Assembly: GCA_964482595.1 (NCBI GenBank)
Contig: CAYZYM010000002.1
Location: forward strand, 1-33,927
Length of the DNA stretch: 33,927 nucleotides
DNA from: an uncultured bacterium
Lineage (GTDB): Bacteria > Fidelibacterota > Marinisomatia > Marinisomatales > Marinisomataceae
Reading direction: 5' to 3'
Part shown: positions 17,747 to 26,440 of the stretch, piece after piece
How the letters are laid out: each line of letters begins with the position of its first letter
Position numbering within the stretch: the first letter of the stretch is position 1
Notes under the pieces: model-generated
The model's input: only the letters and a program-made list of their open reading frames with translations
Databases searched by the model: none
What the model was told of the DNA's origin: nothing
Program-made: the position numbers and the translations under genes

Positions 17747-19225
17747 ATGTCGAAAAAAAAGATAGGTAATTTCCCATTCACAAAAGGCATCTATAAAGAT
17801 ATGTATCGAACAAAACTTTGGACGATGAGACAATATGCTGGTTTTTCATCTGTAAAAGAATCTAATAAACGTTTTTTATCTTTACTGGATAGCGGAGTAA
17901 ACGGTTTGTCTGTAGCGTTTGATTTACCCACTCAAATTGGCTATGATTCAGACCACGAAATGTCTATTGGTGAAATTGGTAAATCAGGAGTACCGATTTC
18001 CAATATTGACGATATGAAATTATTGTTTGATCAGATCGATTTGGAAAATGTTTCAGTATCAATGACTATTAATTCAACTGCACCAATCTTATTAGCATTC
18101 TATATAGCATTAGCAGAAGAAAAAGGTTATCAGCTAAAAAAACTTAGAGGAACTATACAAAATGATATTTTAAAAGAATATATTGCCCGAGGAACATATA
18201 TTTTTCCAATTGAATCATCCTTAAAACTAACTACTGATATATTTGAATATTGTCAATCAAACTTACCTAAATGGAATGCAATATCGGTGTCAGGTTACCA
18301 TATAAGAGAAGCAGGAAGTACAGCAATCCAAGAATTAGCATTTACTTTTGCAAATGCAATCACATATGTAAACCATGCACAGGAAAGAGGTAATGATATA
18401 GAAAAATTGACAAAACAAATGTCATTTTTCTTTAATTCACACCGCAATTTTTTTGAAGAAATAGCAAAATTTCGAGCAGCAAGAGAGATTTGGGCAAAAA
18501 TAGTAAAAAATAAATTTGGTATAGATAATTCTGAGTCTCAATTGTGTAGATTTCATGTGCAAACTGGAGGATCAACGTTAACAGCACAACAAATTGATAA
18601 CAATGTTGTAAGAACTACTTTAGAAGCACTATCAGCAGTATTGGGCGGTGCACAATCAATACATACCAATGGAAAAGATGAAGCAATTAGTTTACCGTCA
18701 GAAAAGAATGCATTATTAGCGTTAAGAACCCAACAAATTATCGCATACGAAACTAATATTACAGATTTTGTTGATCCAATTGGTGATAGCAGTATTATTT
18801 CTGATATGACAAACAATATAGTCAAAGAAGTATTAAATAAAATTGATGATATCAATAAAAAGGGGGGGATGGAAAAATTAATTGATACAGGAGAAATAGA
18901 AGAAGAAATATCAAATGCATCAATTGAATTCCAGAATAAATTAGATAAAAAAGAAGAAATACTAATAGGGGTGAATAAGTTTGTTAATGAAGAGAAAATT
19001 AATTTAACTATATCAGAAGAAGATGATAAAAATAGAATTGATTCATTAATTAAGTTTAGAAAAAATCGTGACCATAAAAAAGTATCTCATACTTTGCTGA
19101 TTCTAGAAGAAAAAGCAAAATTAAATGAAAATTTAATTCCATATATAATTGAATGTGCAAAGAATAGGTGTACTCTCGGTGAAATTTCGGATAGTTTAAG
19201 AAAAATTTTTGGAGAATATTCATAA
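17747..19225 (+). CDS. Methylmalonyl-CoA mutase family, catalytic (beta/alpha)8 large subunit only (no B12-binding domain)
   Basis: FPFTKGIY..LWTMRQYAGF..LSVAFDLPTQIGYDSDH..GTIQNDILKEYIARGTYIFP. The Tyr (RQYAGF) and Arg (IARGTY) correspond, as I recall it, to the MCM-type specificity residues rather than ICM Phe/Gln. It ends at TLGEISDSLRKIFGEYS, where split-type large subunits end. Confidence 0.87.
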   Translation: MSKKKIGNFPFTKGIYKDMYRTKLWTMRQYAGFSSVKESNKRFLSLLDSGVNGLSVAFDLPTQIGYDSDHEMSIGEIGKSGVPISNIDDMKLLFDQIDLENVSVSMTINSTAPILLAFYIALAEEKGYQLKKLRGTIQNDILKEYIARGTYIFPIESSLKLTTDIFEYCQSNLPKWNAISVSGYHIREAGSTAIQELAFTFANAITYVNHAQERGNDIEKLTKQMSFFFNSHRNFFEEIAKFRAAREIWAKIVKNKFGIDNSESQLCRFHVQTGGSTLTAQQIDNNVVRTTLEALSAVLGGAQSIHTNGKDEAISLPSEKNALLALRTQQIIAYETNITDFVDPIGDSSIISDMTNNIVKEVLNKIDDINKKGGMEKLIDTGEIEEEISNASIEFQNKLDKKEEILIGVNKFVNEEKINLTISEEDDKNRIDSLIKFRKNRDHKKVSHTLLILEEKAKLNENLIPYIIECAKNRCTLGEISDSLRKIFGEYS

Positions 19226-19285
19226 TAAAAAAACAGGAACATTACATAAAAAAATTAATTAATATTATATAGAAAAAATTTAACA

Positions 19286-19870
19286 ATGAGGAATGTTATG
19301 CAAATAAAAAAATTGGTTTTACTCTTAAGTGCAATTTTAATTGTCAACTGTGCGGGCACTGCACCTAGTGTAGGAGAAAAAATTGAAAATCAACAGTCAA
19401 ATGAATCAGAAACAAAGATTGTTGAAGAAGAAGTAAAAGTTGAAACATTTATTGTACAAGAACCAGAAGCTCCACCATTACCTGTTACTGTTTTTGAGCC
19501 ATACATGATAAAAAGAGGTGATTATTTAATTAAAATCGCTTCAAGAGAATATGGTGACTCTTCAATGTGGAGAGATATTTATGAATGGAACAAGGAAGAA
19601 ATTGGATCTGACCCAAATAAGATTTATCCTTACAATTTTTTATCTCTTAAAAGAGAAGCTAGTAAAGCAAAAAATTGTGAATTAGAATTTTTTGATTATC
19701 AAATACAATCTGGAGATACTGCATGGAGCCTTGCAAGTGAAATATATGGCGATGAACTCGCATGGGTGATTATCTATATGGATAATGAAAGATTGATTAG
19801 AAATAGCGACGGCATTTTACAGCCAGGCACTATTTTTAAAATGAGAAAAAAATTAGATCCGTGCTCTTAG
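19286..19870 (+). CDS. LysM-domain lipoprotein
   Basis: Signal peptide plus lipobox (LSAILIVNC). Two LysM-like repeats (YMIKRGDYLIKIASREYGD...; YQIQSGDTAWSLASEIYGD...). The start may be the second ATG at 19298. Confidence 0.75.
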   Translation: MRNVMQIKKLVLLLSAILIVNCAGTAPSVGEKIENQQSNESETKIVEEEVKVETFIVQEPEAPPLPVTVFEPYMIKRGDYLIKIASREYGDSSMWRDIYEWNKEEIGSDPNKIYPYNFLSLKREASKAKNCELEFFDYQIQSGDTAWSLASEIYGDELAWVIIYMDNERLIRNSDGILQPGTIFKMRKKLDPCS

Positions 19871-20433
19871 ATCTTCATGACCATATTATAGAAACCAAAA
19901 TAATTAATTCTAATATATTCTATAAAGAAGAATTAGAATCAACAAACAAAGAAGCTAGAAAATTCATCAGCAATTATGGGATTATTGCATGCGACAAACA
20001 AACACATGGTCGTGGTCGTCATGGTAGAAAATGGATCTCAACACCATATAAAGATTTAGCATTTACTATTATTATCCCTAATGACTGCAATATTAATGGA
20101 CAAAATTTAGTTGATCTTGCATGTGAATCTATTGTTTTTAACTTGCAAAAATTAAAGATCCACTCAAAGATAAAGTATCCAAATGATATTTACGTTAAAA
20201 ATAGAAAAATCGCTGGGGTTCTTTGTGAACAAATTGTCAAAGATACAATTACTGCACCAATTATCGGGATAGGAATAAATGTAAATTCCAATTTGGAAGA
20301 TTTAAAATTAGTCCAAGATAAATTATATACTTCTTTATTTATCGAATTAGGGGAAAAAACCAATAGAGAAAATTTATTAAAAAATATAGTAGAAAAAATT
20401 GATGATACTATTCAAAAGCAGGAATATCAGTAA
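19861..20433 (+). CDS. birA: Biotin--[acetyl-CoA-carboxylase] ligase, minimal group I form (catalytic domain only)
   Basis: GRGRHGRKW biotin/ATP loop, KYPNDIYVKNRKIAGVL and GIGINVN. No N-terminal HTH and no C-terminal SH3-like domain (190 aa). GTG start overlapping the LysM gene by 10 nt. Confidence 0.8.
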   Translation: MLLDLHDHIIETKIINSNIFYKEELESTNKEARKFISNYGIIACDKQTHGRGRHGRKWISTPYKDLAFTIIIPNDCNINGQNLVDLACESIVFNLQKLKIHSKIKYPNDIYVKNRKIAGVLCEQIVKDTITAPIIGIGINVNSNLEDLKLVQDKLYTSLFIELGEKTNRENLLKNIVEKIDDTIQKQEYQ

Positions 20434-21577
20434 TCTTTTGGCCCATAATTAATGTATGTATCTCATGGGTCCCTTCATAGGTATAGACTGTTTCTAAATT
20501 CATCATATGTCGCATAATTGAATAATCATCCATAATTCCATTACCTCCCAAAATCTCTCGTGCTAATTTTGCACATTCTCTAGCAATAGCAACATTATTT
20601 TTTTTACCAAGAGATATATGGGAAAAGTCTAAATCTCCACTATCTTTAAGATTGCCTAATTGCAAAGCAAGAAGTTGAGCTTTAGTTATTTCTTCAATCA
20701 TATATACAAGTTTTTGTTGAGTAAGTTGAAATGCAGCAATTGGTTTCCCAAATTGCTTTCTATCTTTACTATAACTGAGGGCTGTTTCATAACAATCAAT
20801 AGCTGCACCAATTGATCCCCAAGCAATAGAATACCTTGCTTGCGTTAAACACGACAATGGACCTTTAAGCCCTTCAATATTTGGAAGTCGATTAGAATCT
20901 GGAACTTTTACATTTTTCATGAATAATTCTGAAGTAATTGAGGCTCTTAAACTCATTTTCCCATGGATATCAGAAGTAGTAAATCCTTCCATTCCTTTTT
21001 CTAATAAAAATCCTCTAATAATGCCATCATTGTCTTTAGCCCATACCACTGCAACATCAGCAATCGAACCATTTGTAATCCACATTTTTGAACCATTGAT
21101 TATCCAATCATCTCCATCTTTGACAGCTTTTGTAGCCATACCCCCCGGATCTGACCCATGATTTGCTTCAGTTAAACCAAAACATCCTATTGCTTTCCCA
21201 GAAGCTAGTAATGGTAGCCATTTTTCTTTTTGTTCTTCTGTACCATATTCATATATAGGGAACATAACTAACCCGCCTTGGACACTACAAACTGATCTTA
21301 AACCTGAATCCCCTTTTTCAAGCTCCTGCATTATTAATCCATAAGCATTGCTACTGACTTCGCTGCCTCCATATTTCTTAGGTAATGTGGCGCCAAAAAA
21401 TCCCAGCTGTCCCATTTTTGGAATTAAATCAAGGGGGAAAGAACCTTTTTCATAATACTCATTTACTATAGGACTAAATTCTTGTGAAACAAATTCATTT
21501 GCTGTTTTTTGAATCAAAAGCTCTTCATCGTTCAACGAAGAAGTAATATTGCAGAAATCTGGACCAATATATTTCAT
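20408..21577 (-). CDS. gcdH: Acyl-CoA dehydrogenase, glutaryl-CoA dehydrogenase-like
   Basis: GLTEANHGSDPGGM, and the C-terminal YTYEGTHEIHTLIMGQKITDIPAFE closely follows the GCDH pattern (YEGTHDIHALILGR..TGIQAF). 389 aa. Confidence 0.85.
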   Translation of the reverse strand: MKYIGPDFCNITSSLNDEELLIQKTANEFVSQEFSPIVNEYYEKGSFPLDLIPKMGQLGFFGATLPKKYGGSEVSSNAYGLIMQELEKGDSGLRSVCSVQGGLVMFPIYEYGTEEQKEKWLPLLASGKAIGCFGLTEANHGSDPGGMATKAVKDGDDWIINGSKMWITNGSIADVAVVWAKDNDGIIRGFLLEKGMEGFTTSDIHGKMSLRASITSELFMKNVKVPDSNRLPNIEGLKGPLSCLTQARYSIAWGSIGAAIDCYETALSYSKDRKQFGKPIAAFQLTQQKLVYMIEEITKAQLLALQLGNLKDSGDLDFSHISLGKKNNVAIARECAKLAREILGGNGIMDDYSIMRHMMNLETVYTYEGTHEIHTLIMGQKITDIPAFE

Positions 21578-21580
21578 ATG

Positions 21581-22366
21581 TTAATATAATAAATCTGAAA
21601 TGTTGTCAAACAATATAGAATTTGTGGCAATTATTGGGTCTGTAACAAGGGTTTTCTTTTGATTATATAGAATATTTTTACCATCAATTTTTTTCATCAC
21701 TCCACCAGCTTCATTAATGATACAATCTCCAGCACAAATATCCCATTCATTCTTTGGAGCAACGCTTGCAGCAATATCATAAATACCAGATGCTGATAAT
21801 CCTAATTTATATGCAATGCTACCAATAGATTTAATGGAGAAAAAATTACTTTTATAATTACTCCATAGACCTTTAGTATGTTCAGATCTGCTAACAATAA
21901 GCGATGCGTCCTTTATATTTTCTTTAGTGGAGATTTTTATTTGATCTCCGTTTAAAAATGATCCTTTATTCTTTTGAGCATAAAACATCTCGTCTGAACA
22001 AGGATTATATATTACCCCCACTACAGGAATCCCATTTTCAACAAGAGCAATACTAACGCAAAATTCAGGTAATCTTTTAATAAACTCTTTGGTGCCATCT
22101 AAAGGGTCAACAATCCAGACACGATTTTTATCTAATCTTGCATCTGTATCAACAGTCTCTTCAGAAAGCCATCCATCATGAGGGAATTCACCGCTTAAAA
22201 ACTTAAAAAGATATTTATCAGCCTCATAGTCTGCAATAGTAACAGGGCTATTACCTGAATCTATTTTGTATTTGATATCTTTAGAATCAGATTCTAAGTG
22301 TTTTATTAATATTTTTCCTGCATTGCGAGCGGCAACTTTTGCGGCGATTAATTCTTCATTAAACAT
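21581..22366 (-). CDS. cysQ: 3'(2'),5'-bisphosphate nucleotidase / inositol monophosphatase family (CysQ-like)
   Basis: WIVDPLDGTKEFIKRLPEF (E. coli CysQ has WLVDPLDGTKEFI) and the WDICAG motif. 261 aa. Confidence 0.8.
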   Translation of the reverse strand: MFNEELIAAKVAARNAGKILIKHLESDSKDIKYKIDSGNSPVTIADYEADKYLFKFLSGEFPHDGWLSEETVDTDARLDKNRVWIVDPLDGTKEFIKRLPEFCVSIALVENGIPVVGVIYNPCSDEMFYAQKNKGSFLNGDQIKISTKENIKDASLIVSRSEHTKGLWSNYKSNFFSIKSIGSIAYKLGLSASGIYDIAASVAPKNEWDICAGDCIINEAGGVMKKIDGKNILYNQKKTLVTDPIIATNSILFDNISDLLY

Positions 22367-22563
22367 AGATTGTTCAGATTATATACATTTTAAACTTAAA
22401 AATCGTTAAATTCCTTTCGAAATTGAGGACAGAATTGAAGAGTTATTATTTTTTGTTTTTTAAAATTAGAATTGATAAAGATTTTTTATTCCTATTTATT
22501 CTCTCCTCTTTTCACTAAAAGTTAAATATTTGCTCTTAAATAAGAGTAAAGTTAGAGGCTATA

Positions 22564-24066
22564 ATGAAAAAAGAAATTTATATTAGTGAAAGCATCGGAG
22601 AAACCCGAATAGCTGTCAAAGAGAATGGTAAACTTGCAGAAGTGCATGTTGACAAACAATCACAAGAACGTACTGTAGGCAATATTTATAAAGGAGTTGT
22701 TGAGAATGTTATTCCAGGAATGCAAGCTGCTTTTGTAAATATTGGACAAGGCAATAATGCATTTCTACCTTTCTCTGAAATATCAGATCCAGAATTGATA
22801 GATAATTCAAGAAAGAATTCAAACCAATCTAAAGAAATAAATGTTCTTCTAACCCCAGGACAAGAAATTATCGTTCAAGTAATTAAAGAACCATTTGACA
22901 AAAAAGGGGCTCGTATTACAACAGATTTATCAATTGCTGGTAGATTTATTGTTTTAGTTCCGAATTCAAAATATGTTGGGGTCTCAAAAAAAATGAGAGA
23001 TAAATATGAAAGAAGAAGATTGAAAAAAATAGCATTTGAAATCAAAAAACATGGATTAGGTATAATTATAAGAACTGTTGCAGAAGGAAAAACAGAAAAA
23101 CAAATACAAAATGATTATGCAAATCTAGAAAAGAAATATAATGAATTAATTGCGGCTGCTGAAAAAGCTACAGGCCCTACATTAATTCATAACGATTTAG
23201 AAATGACATCAAGCGTTCTAAGAGATTTAATAGGTGATAAAGTCGAAAAAATTGTAGTGGATTCAAAAAATAATTTCAAAAAAATACAAAAAATTATCAA
23301 AGAGGATTCTTTAGAAATAGAAGATTTAGTTCAACATTATAAAAAAAGAATACCTCTGTTTAAAGAAGAAAAAATTGATACTGAATTAATGAAATTATTA
23401 AGAAAAAAAGTATGGCTAAAAAGTGGAGCATATTTAATTATCGAAAGAACAGAAGCAATGGTTGTAGTTGATGTCAATAGTGGAAAATTTGTTGGTAAAA
23501 AAGGGCATGAAGAAAATTCTCTAAAAATTAATTTAGAAGCGGCAAAAGAAATTGCAAAACAGCTAAGACTAAGGCACTTGTCAGGATTAATCTTAATTGA
23601 CTTTATTGATATGGTTGCTGCTGCTAATAGGAAAAAAGTATATCTTGAGATAAAAAAAGAATTAAAGAAAGGTCGTGCAAAAGTAGCTATATCAGAAATA
23701 TCTGAATTTGGTGTTTTAGAAATGACTAGGGAACGTACTGGATTAAGCATCGTTGATTCACTCACAGAATCTTGTGATGATTGCAGAGGAATAGGAAGAA
23801 TAATATCAAAAGATACATTATTAACACAAATTGACTACTGGTTACGTGATTACAAGCAAAAAAACAAAGATTTAAGACTAAAATTATTTTTACATCCTGA
23901 AATTGCTCATTATCTTAAAAAAGAACAAAAAAAGGCATATATTCGTCTTATGTGGCAAAATTTTGTTTATTTAAAGATAATTGAAGATATTAACGTTGAA
24001 AAAAATAATTTTAAATTCACAAAAATAAACAGTGATGAAGATATTACAAGTAAAATAGTCACTTGA
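22564..24066 (+). CDS. rng: Ribonuclease G/E family endoribonuclease
   Basis: N-terminal S1 domain (GNIYKGVVENVIPGMQAAFVNIG), catalytic VVVDVNSGKF and GLILIDFIDM motifs, and a CxxC zinc-link (CDDCRGIG). The 500-aa size fits RNase G. Confidence 0.9.
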   Translation: MKKEIYISESIGETRIAVKENGKLAEVHVDKQSQERTVGNIYKGVVENVIPGMQAAFVNIGQGNNAFLPFSEISDPELIDNSRKNSNQSKEINVLLTPGQEIIVQVIKEPFDKKGARITTDLSIAGRFIVLVPNSKYVGVSKKMRDKYERRRLKKIAFEIKKHGLGIIIRTVAEGKTEKQIQNDYANLEKKYNELIAAAEKATGPTLIHNDLEMTSSVLRDLIGDKVEKIVVDSKNNFKKIQKIIKEDSLEIEDLVQHYKKRIPLFKEEKIDTELMKLLRKKVWLKSGAYLIIERTEAMVVVDVNSGKFVGKKGHEENSLKINLEAAKEIAKQLRLRHLSGLILIDFIDMVAAANRKKVYLEIKKELKKGRAKVAISEISEFGVLEMTRERTGLSIVDSLTESCDDCRGIGRIISKDTLLTQIDYWLRDYKQKNKDLRLKLFLHPEIAHYLKKEQKKAYIRLMWQNFVYLKIIEDINVEKNNFKFTKINSDEDITSKIVT

Positions 24067-24099
24067 AAGATACTAAATTAGCTATTAAGTTCTCGCGCT

Positions 24100-24453
24100 A
24101 TGATTGCAATTGTAGAAATATACGGAAAACAGTACAAGGTCGCTAAAGGCGACACTATTACAGTTAATTCTAAGATTGACTTAGACATAGGTAAAACTGT
24201 CAAATTTGATACTGTAAAAGCGGTTTTTGATAAGGATAAAAATATCTTTAATCCTAAAGAATTAAATAAATACAAAGTAAGTGCTAAAATAGTTGACCAT
24301 TCTAGAGATAAAAAAATAACCGTCATTAAAAAGAAAAGAAGAAAAGGTTATCAAAGAAAGAATGGACATAGACAAGACTTAACTATGATTGAAATTCAAT
24401 CAATCACTGGTGGTACAAAAAAAACTGTTAAAAAAGCTGACAAAGAAGCATAA
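24100..24453 (+). CDS. rplU: 50S ribosomal protein L21
   Basis: MIAIVEIYGKQYKVAKGD... is the canonical L21 N-terminus. K-rich C-terminal extension. Directly upstream of rpmA. Confidence 0.93.
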   Translation: MIAIVEIYGKQYKVAKGDTITVNSKIDLDIGKTVKFDTVKAVFDKDKNIFNPKELNKYKVSAKIVDHSRDKKITVIKKKRRKGYQRKNGHRQDLTMIEIQSITGGTKKTVKKADKEA

Positions 24454-24465
24454 AGAGGTACAGGC

Positions 24466-24720
24466 ATGGCTCATAAGAAAGGACAAGGAAGTTCAAGAAA
24501 TGGAAGAGATTCCGTATCAAAAAGATTAGGGGTAAAAATCTCTGATGGACAAGCAATTCTTTCTGGAGGCATTATTCTTAAGCAGCGCGGCACAAAATAC
24601 CACGCAGGAAGAAATGTCAAAAGATCAAATGATGATTCATTGTTTGCCACATCAAATGGAACTGTCAGATTCAGCAAAAAAGGTAAAAATACTTTTGTAA
24701 GCGTAATTGCTAAAGATTAA
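24466..24720 (+). CDS. rpmA: 50S ribosomal protein L27
   Basis: [24 protein letters not shown] is the canonical L27 N-terminus (no Prp-cleaved extension). AGAGG lies 8 nt upstream of the ATG. Confidence 0.96.
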   Translation: MAHKKGQGSSRNGRDSVSKRLGVKISDGQAILSGGIILKQRGTKYHAGRNVKRSNDDSLFATSNGTVRFSKKGKNTFVSVIAKD

Positions 24721-24721
24721 A

Positions 24722-25657
24722 ATGCCAAGAACAAAAATATCATTAATTGGTGGTGGTCAAGTTGGAGGAAATATTGCACTTCTTGCAGCACAAAAAGAAC
24801 TAGGAGATATTGTAATTATTGATATTCCTGAAGCTGAAAATTTTATCAAAGGTAAAGCTCTAGACATATCACAACTTCTTCCTCATGACGGTTTTGATTC
24901 TAAATTAGTTGGATCATCAAATTTTGAAGAAATAAAAGATTCTGATGTAGTAGTTATTACTGCAGGATTTCCAAGACAGCCTGGAATGGATAGAGAAGAT
25001 TTACTAAGTAAAAATTTATCTATCATGACAAATGTAGCAAAACAAGTCAAAGAATATGCTCCAAATGCATTTGTTATTGTTGTATCTAATCCATTGGATG
25101 CTATGGTTTATGCATTTTATAAAGTCTCTGGTTTTGCAAAAAATAAAGTTGTTGGAATGGCAGGAGCATTAGACAGTGCACGATTCAGATCGTTTATAGC
25201 TGCAGAAACTAATCTTTCTTCACAAGATGTTACATGCATGGTGCTTGGTGGGCACGGAGATACAATGGTACCAGTTAGCAGACTAGCTAATGTAGGAGGA
25301 GTTCCATTGAGTGCATTATTAAGTGAAGAAAAAATTTCTGCCATTGAAGAGCGAACAAGATTTGGTGGTGGTGAAATTGTAAAACTATTTGGCAAAGGAT
25401 CAGCATTTTATGCTCCAGCACAATCTGCAATAGAAATGGTTGAAAGCTTTGTTAGAGATAAAAAACGAGTAATTCCGTGTGCTTCATTATGTGAAGGTGA
25501 ATTTGATATCAATGGATATTTTATTGGTGTACCAACAGTAATTGGTGGCAATGGAGTAGAAAAAATTCTTACATTTGACCTCAATGAAGAAGAAAAAAAT
25601 GCATTGGAAAACACTCTTGCCGAAGTTAAAAAAACAGTCGAAGAAACTGGTTTATAA
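24722..25657 (+). CDS. mdh: Malate dehydrogenase, LDH-like (type 3) family
   Basis: KISLIGGGQVGG Rossmann motif. ITAGFPRQPGMDREDLL has Arg at the MDH/LDH discriminating position. GGHGDTMVP is also present. I place the start at ATG 24722 (MPRTK); the ORF-track start at 24707 is a TTG inside rpmA. Confidence 0.93.
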   Translation: MPRTKISLIGGGQVGGNIALLAAQKELGDIVIIDIPEAENFIKGKALDISQLLPHDGFDSKLVGSSNFEEIKDSDVVVITAGFPRQPGMDREDLLSKNLSIMTNVAKQVKEYAPNAFVIVVSNPLDAMVYAFYKVSGFAKNKVVGMAGALDSARFRSFIAAETNLSSQDVTCMVLGGHGDTMVPVSRLANVGGVPLSALLSEEKISAIEERTRFGGGEIVKLFGKGSAFYAPAQSAIEMVESFVRDKKRVIPCASLCEGEFDINGYFIGVPTVIGGNGVEKILTFDLNEEEKNALENTLAEVKKTVEETGL

Positions 25658-26435
25658 AAACTTTATTAAAATAGTTTTTTTCTTATTTTTATTTCCTTTA
25701 AACAATCTATACGGACAATCCCCTCTTTACATCAATGAAGAAATGGAAGGTTCATTTTCTCAAGGAACAATGAAAGGAAGTATTAATAGATATTTCTCTG
25801 AAGATGCATACTATATTAAAAGTAATTTCCAGGTTAAAATACTTCGTCTTTTTAATATTAAAAGAGAGGAAGGCTATATTATATCGCTTGAAGATTCTTT
25901 GGTAACAAAGATTAATCATAAAAAAAAGAAATATGCGGTTTATTCACTTTCAGAATTTATAGAAGATGATGATGGCAATAGACAAGGAGGACCACCAGAA
26001 AGAAATGAAGAAAGTGAAGATGAAAAAAGTGAAGATGAAAATAATGTGAATGTTGAAATTTCAGAAAAAGTTGAATTATTAAATAATTTTGAAACTAGAA
26101 AAGCAAAAATTATTATTAAAGATGACGAAGATGAAGAAGAACTAAAAATGAATATCTGGTTTACAGAAAAAACATTAAAAGCACCAATTATCGAATTAAC
26201 ACGTAAAAAATTAAAAAATATGTTTAAGGGATCAATACCTCCGAGCTTAGGTTTTAATGAAATGAATATCCCATTTGAAGATTATAATATCAATAAAGAT
26301 GCTGTAAATGTAAGATTTGAAACAATTAATGAAAATGGAACATTTACTTATAGCTTATTAGAATATTCAAGCAAAGATTTATTACCAGATATATTTAAAA
26401 TTCCTAAAAATTATAAAAAGGTAAAAAAATTATAG
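25584..26435 (+). CDS. Hypothetical secreted protein with internal acidic low-complexity segments
   Basis: Lys-rich n-region, hydrophobic core IKIVFFLFLFPL, and a predicted SPase I site LYG/QS. Acidic tracts EESEDEKSEDEN and DDEDEEE. The start is uncertain (TTG 25575, ATG 25584, ATG 25599, TTG 25617) and every candidate lies inside the mdh 3' end. Confidence 0.6.
   Translation: MKKKKMHWKTLLPKLKKQSKKLVYKNFIKIVFFLFLFPLNNLYGQSPLYINEEMEGSFSQGTMKGSINRYFSEDAYYIKSNFQVKILRLFNIKREEGYIISLEDSLVTKINHKKKKYAVYSLSEFIEDDDGNRQGGPPERNEESEDEKSEDENNVNVEISEKVELLNNFETRKAKIIIKDDEDEEELKMNIWFTEKTLKAPIIELTRKKLKNMFKGSIPPSLGFNEMNIPFEDYNINKDAVNVRFETINENGTFTYSLLEYSSKDLLPDIFKIPKNYKKVKKL
26011..26040 (+). repeat. Perfect in-frame 15-nt tandem duplication (AAAGTGAAGATGAAA x2) encoding SEDEK/SEDEN
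   Basis: Read directly: 26011-26025 is identical to 26026-26040, inside the acidic segment of the secreted protein gene. Confidence 0.9.
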
Positions 26436-26440
26436 AAATA

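Noticed and set aside
18553-18855. 100-aa antisense ORF inside the mutase gene
   Set aside because: Antisense to a highly conserved catalytic core.
18862-18868. G7 homopolymer in the mutase gene as a phase-variation switch
   Set aside because: It is rare for this base composition. However, 7 nt is below the length usually associated with efficient slipped-strand switching, it encodes a plausible KKGGM segment, and a housekeeping mutase is an unlikely phase-variable target. It is noted only as a possible sequencing-error hotspot.
20919-21161. 80-aa plus-strand ORF inside gcdH
   Set aside because: Antisense to a conserved acyl-CoA dehydrogenase.
23337-23765. 142-aa minus-strand ORF inside rng
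   Set aside because: Antisense to the catalytic domain of RNase G, and its S/F/I-rich translation is typical of antisense artefacts.
24078-24677. Minus-strand ORFs 24078-24326 and 24471-24677 over rplU and rpmA
   Set aside because: Antisense to universally conserved ribosomal protein genes.
24707-24721. TTG-extended start for mdh ([10 protein letters not shown]...)
   Set aside because: It lies inside rpmA. ATG 24722 sits 1 nt after the rpmA stop and places the Rossmann GxGxxG motif at the usual distance from the N-terminus.
25117-25614. Minus-strand ORFs 25117-25395 and 25408-25614 inside mdh
   Set aside because: Antisense to a conserved gene.
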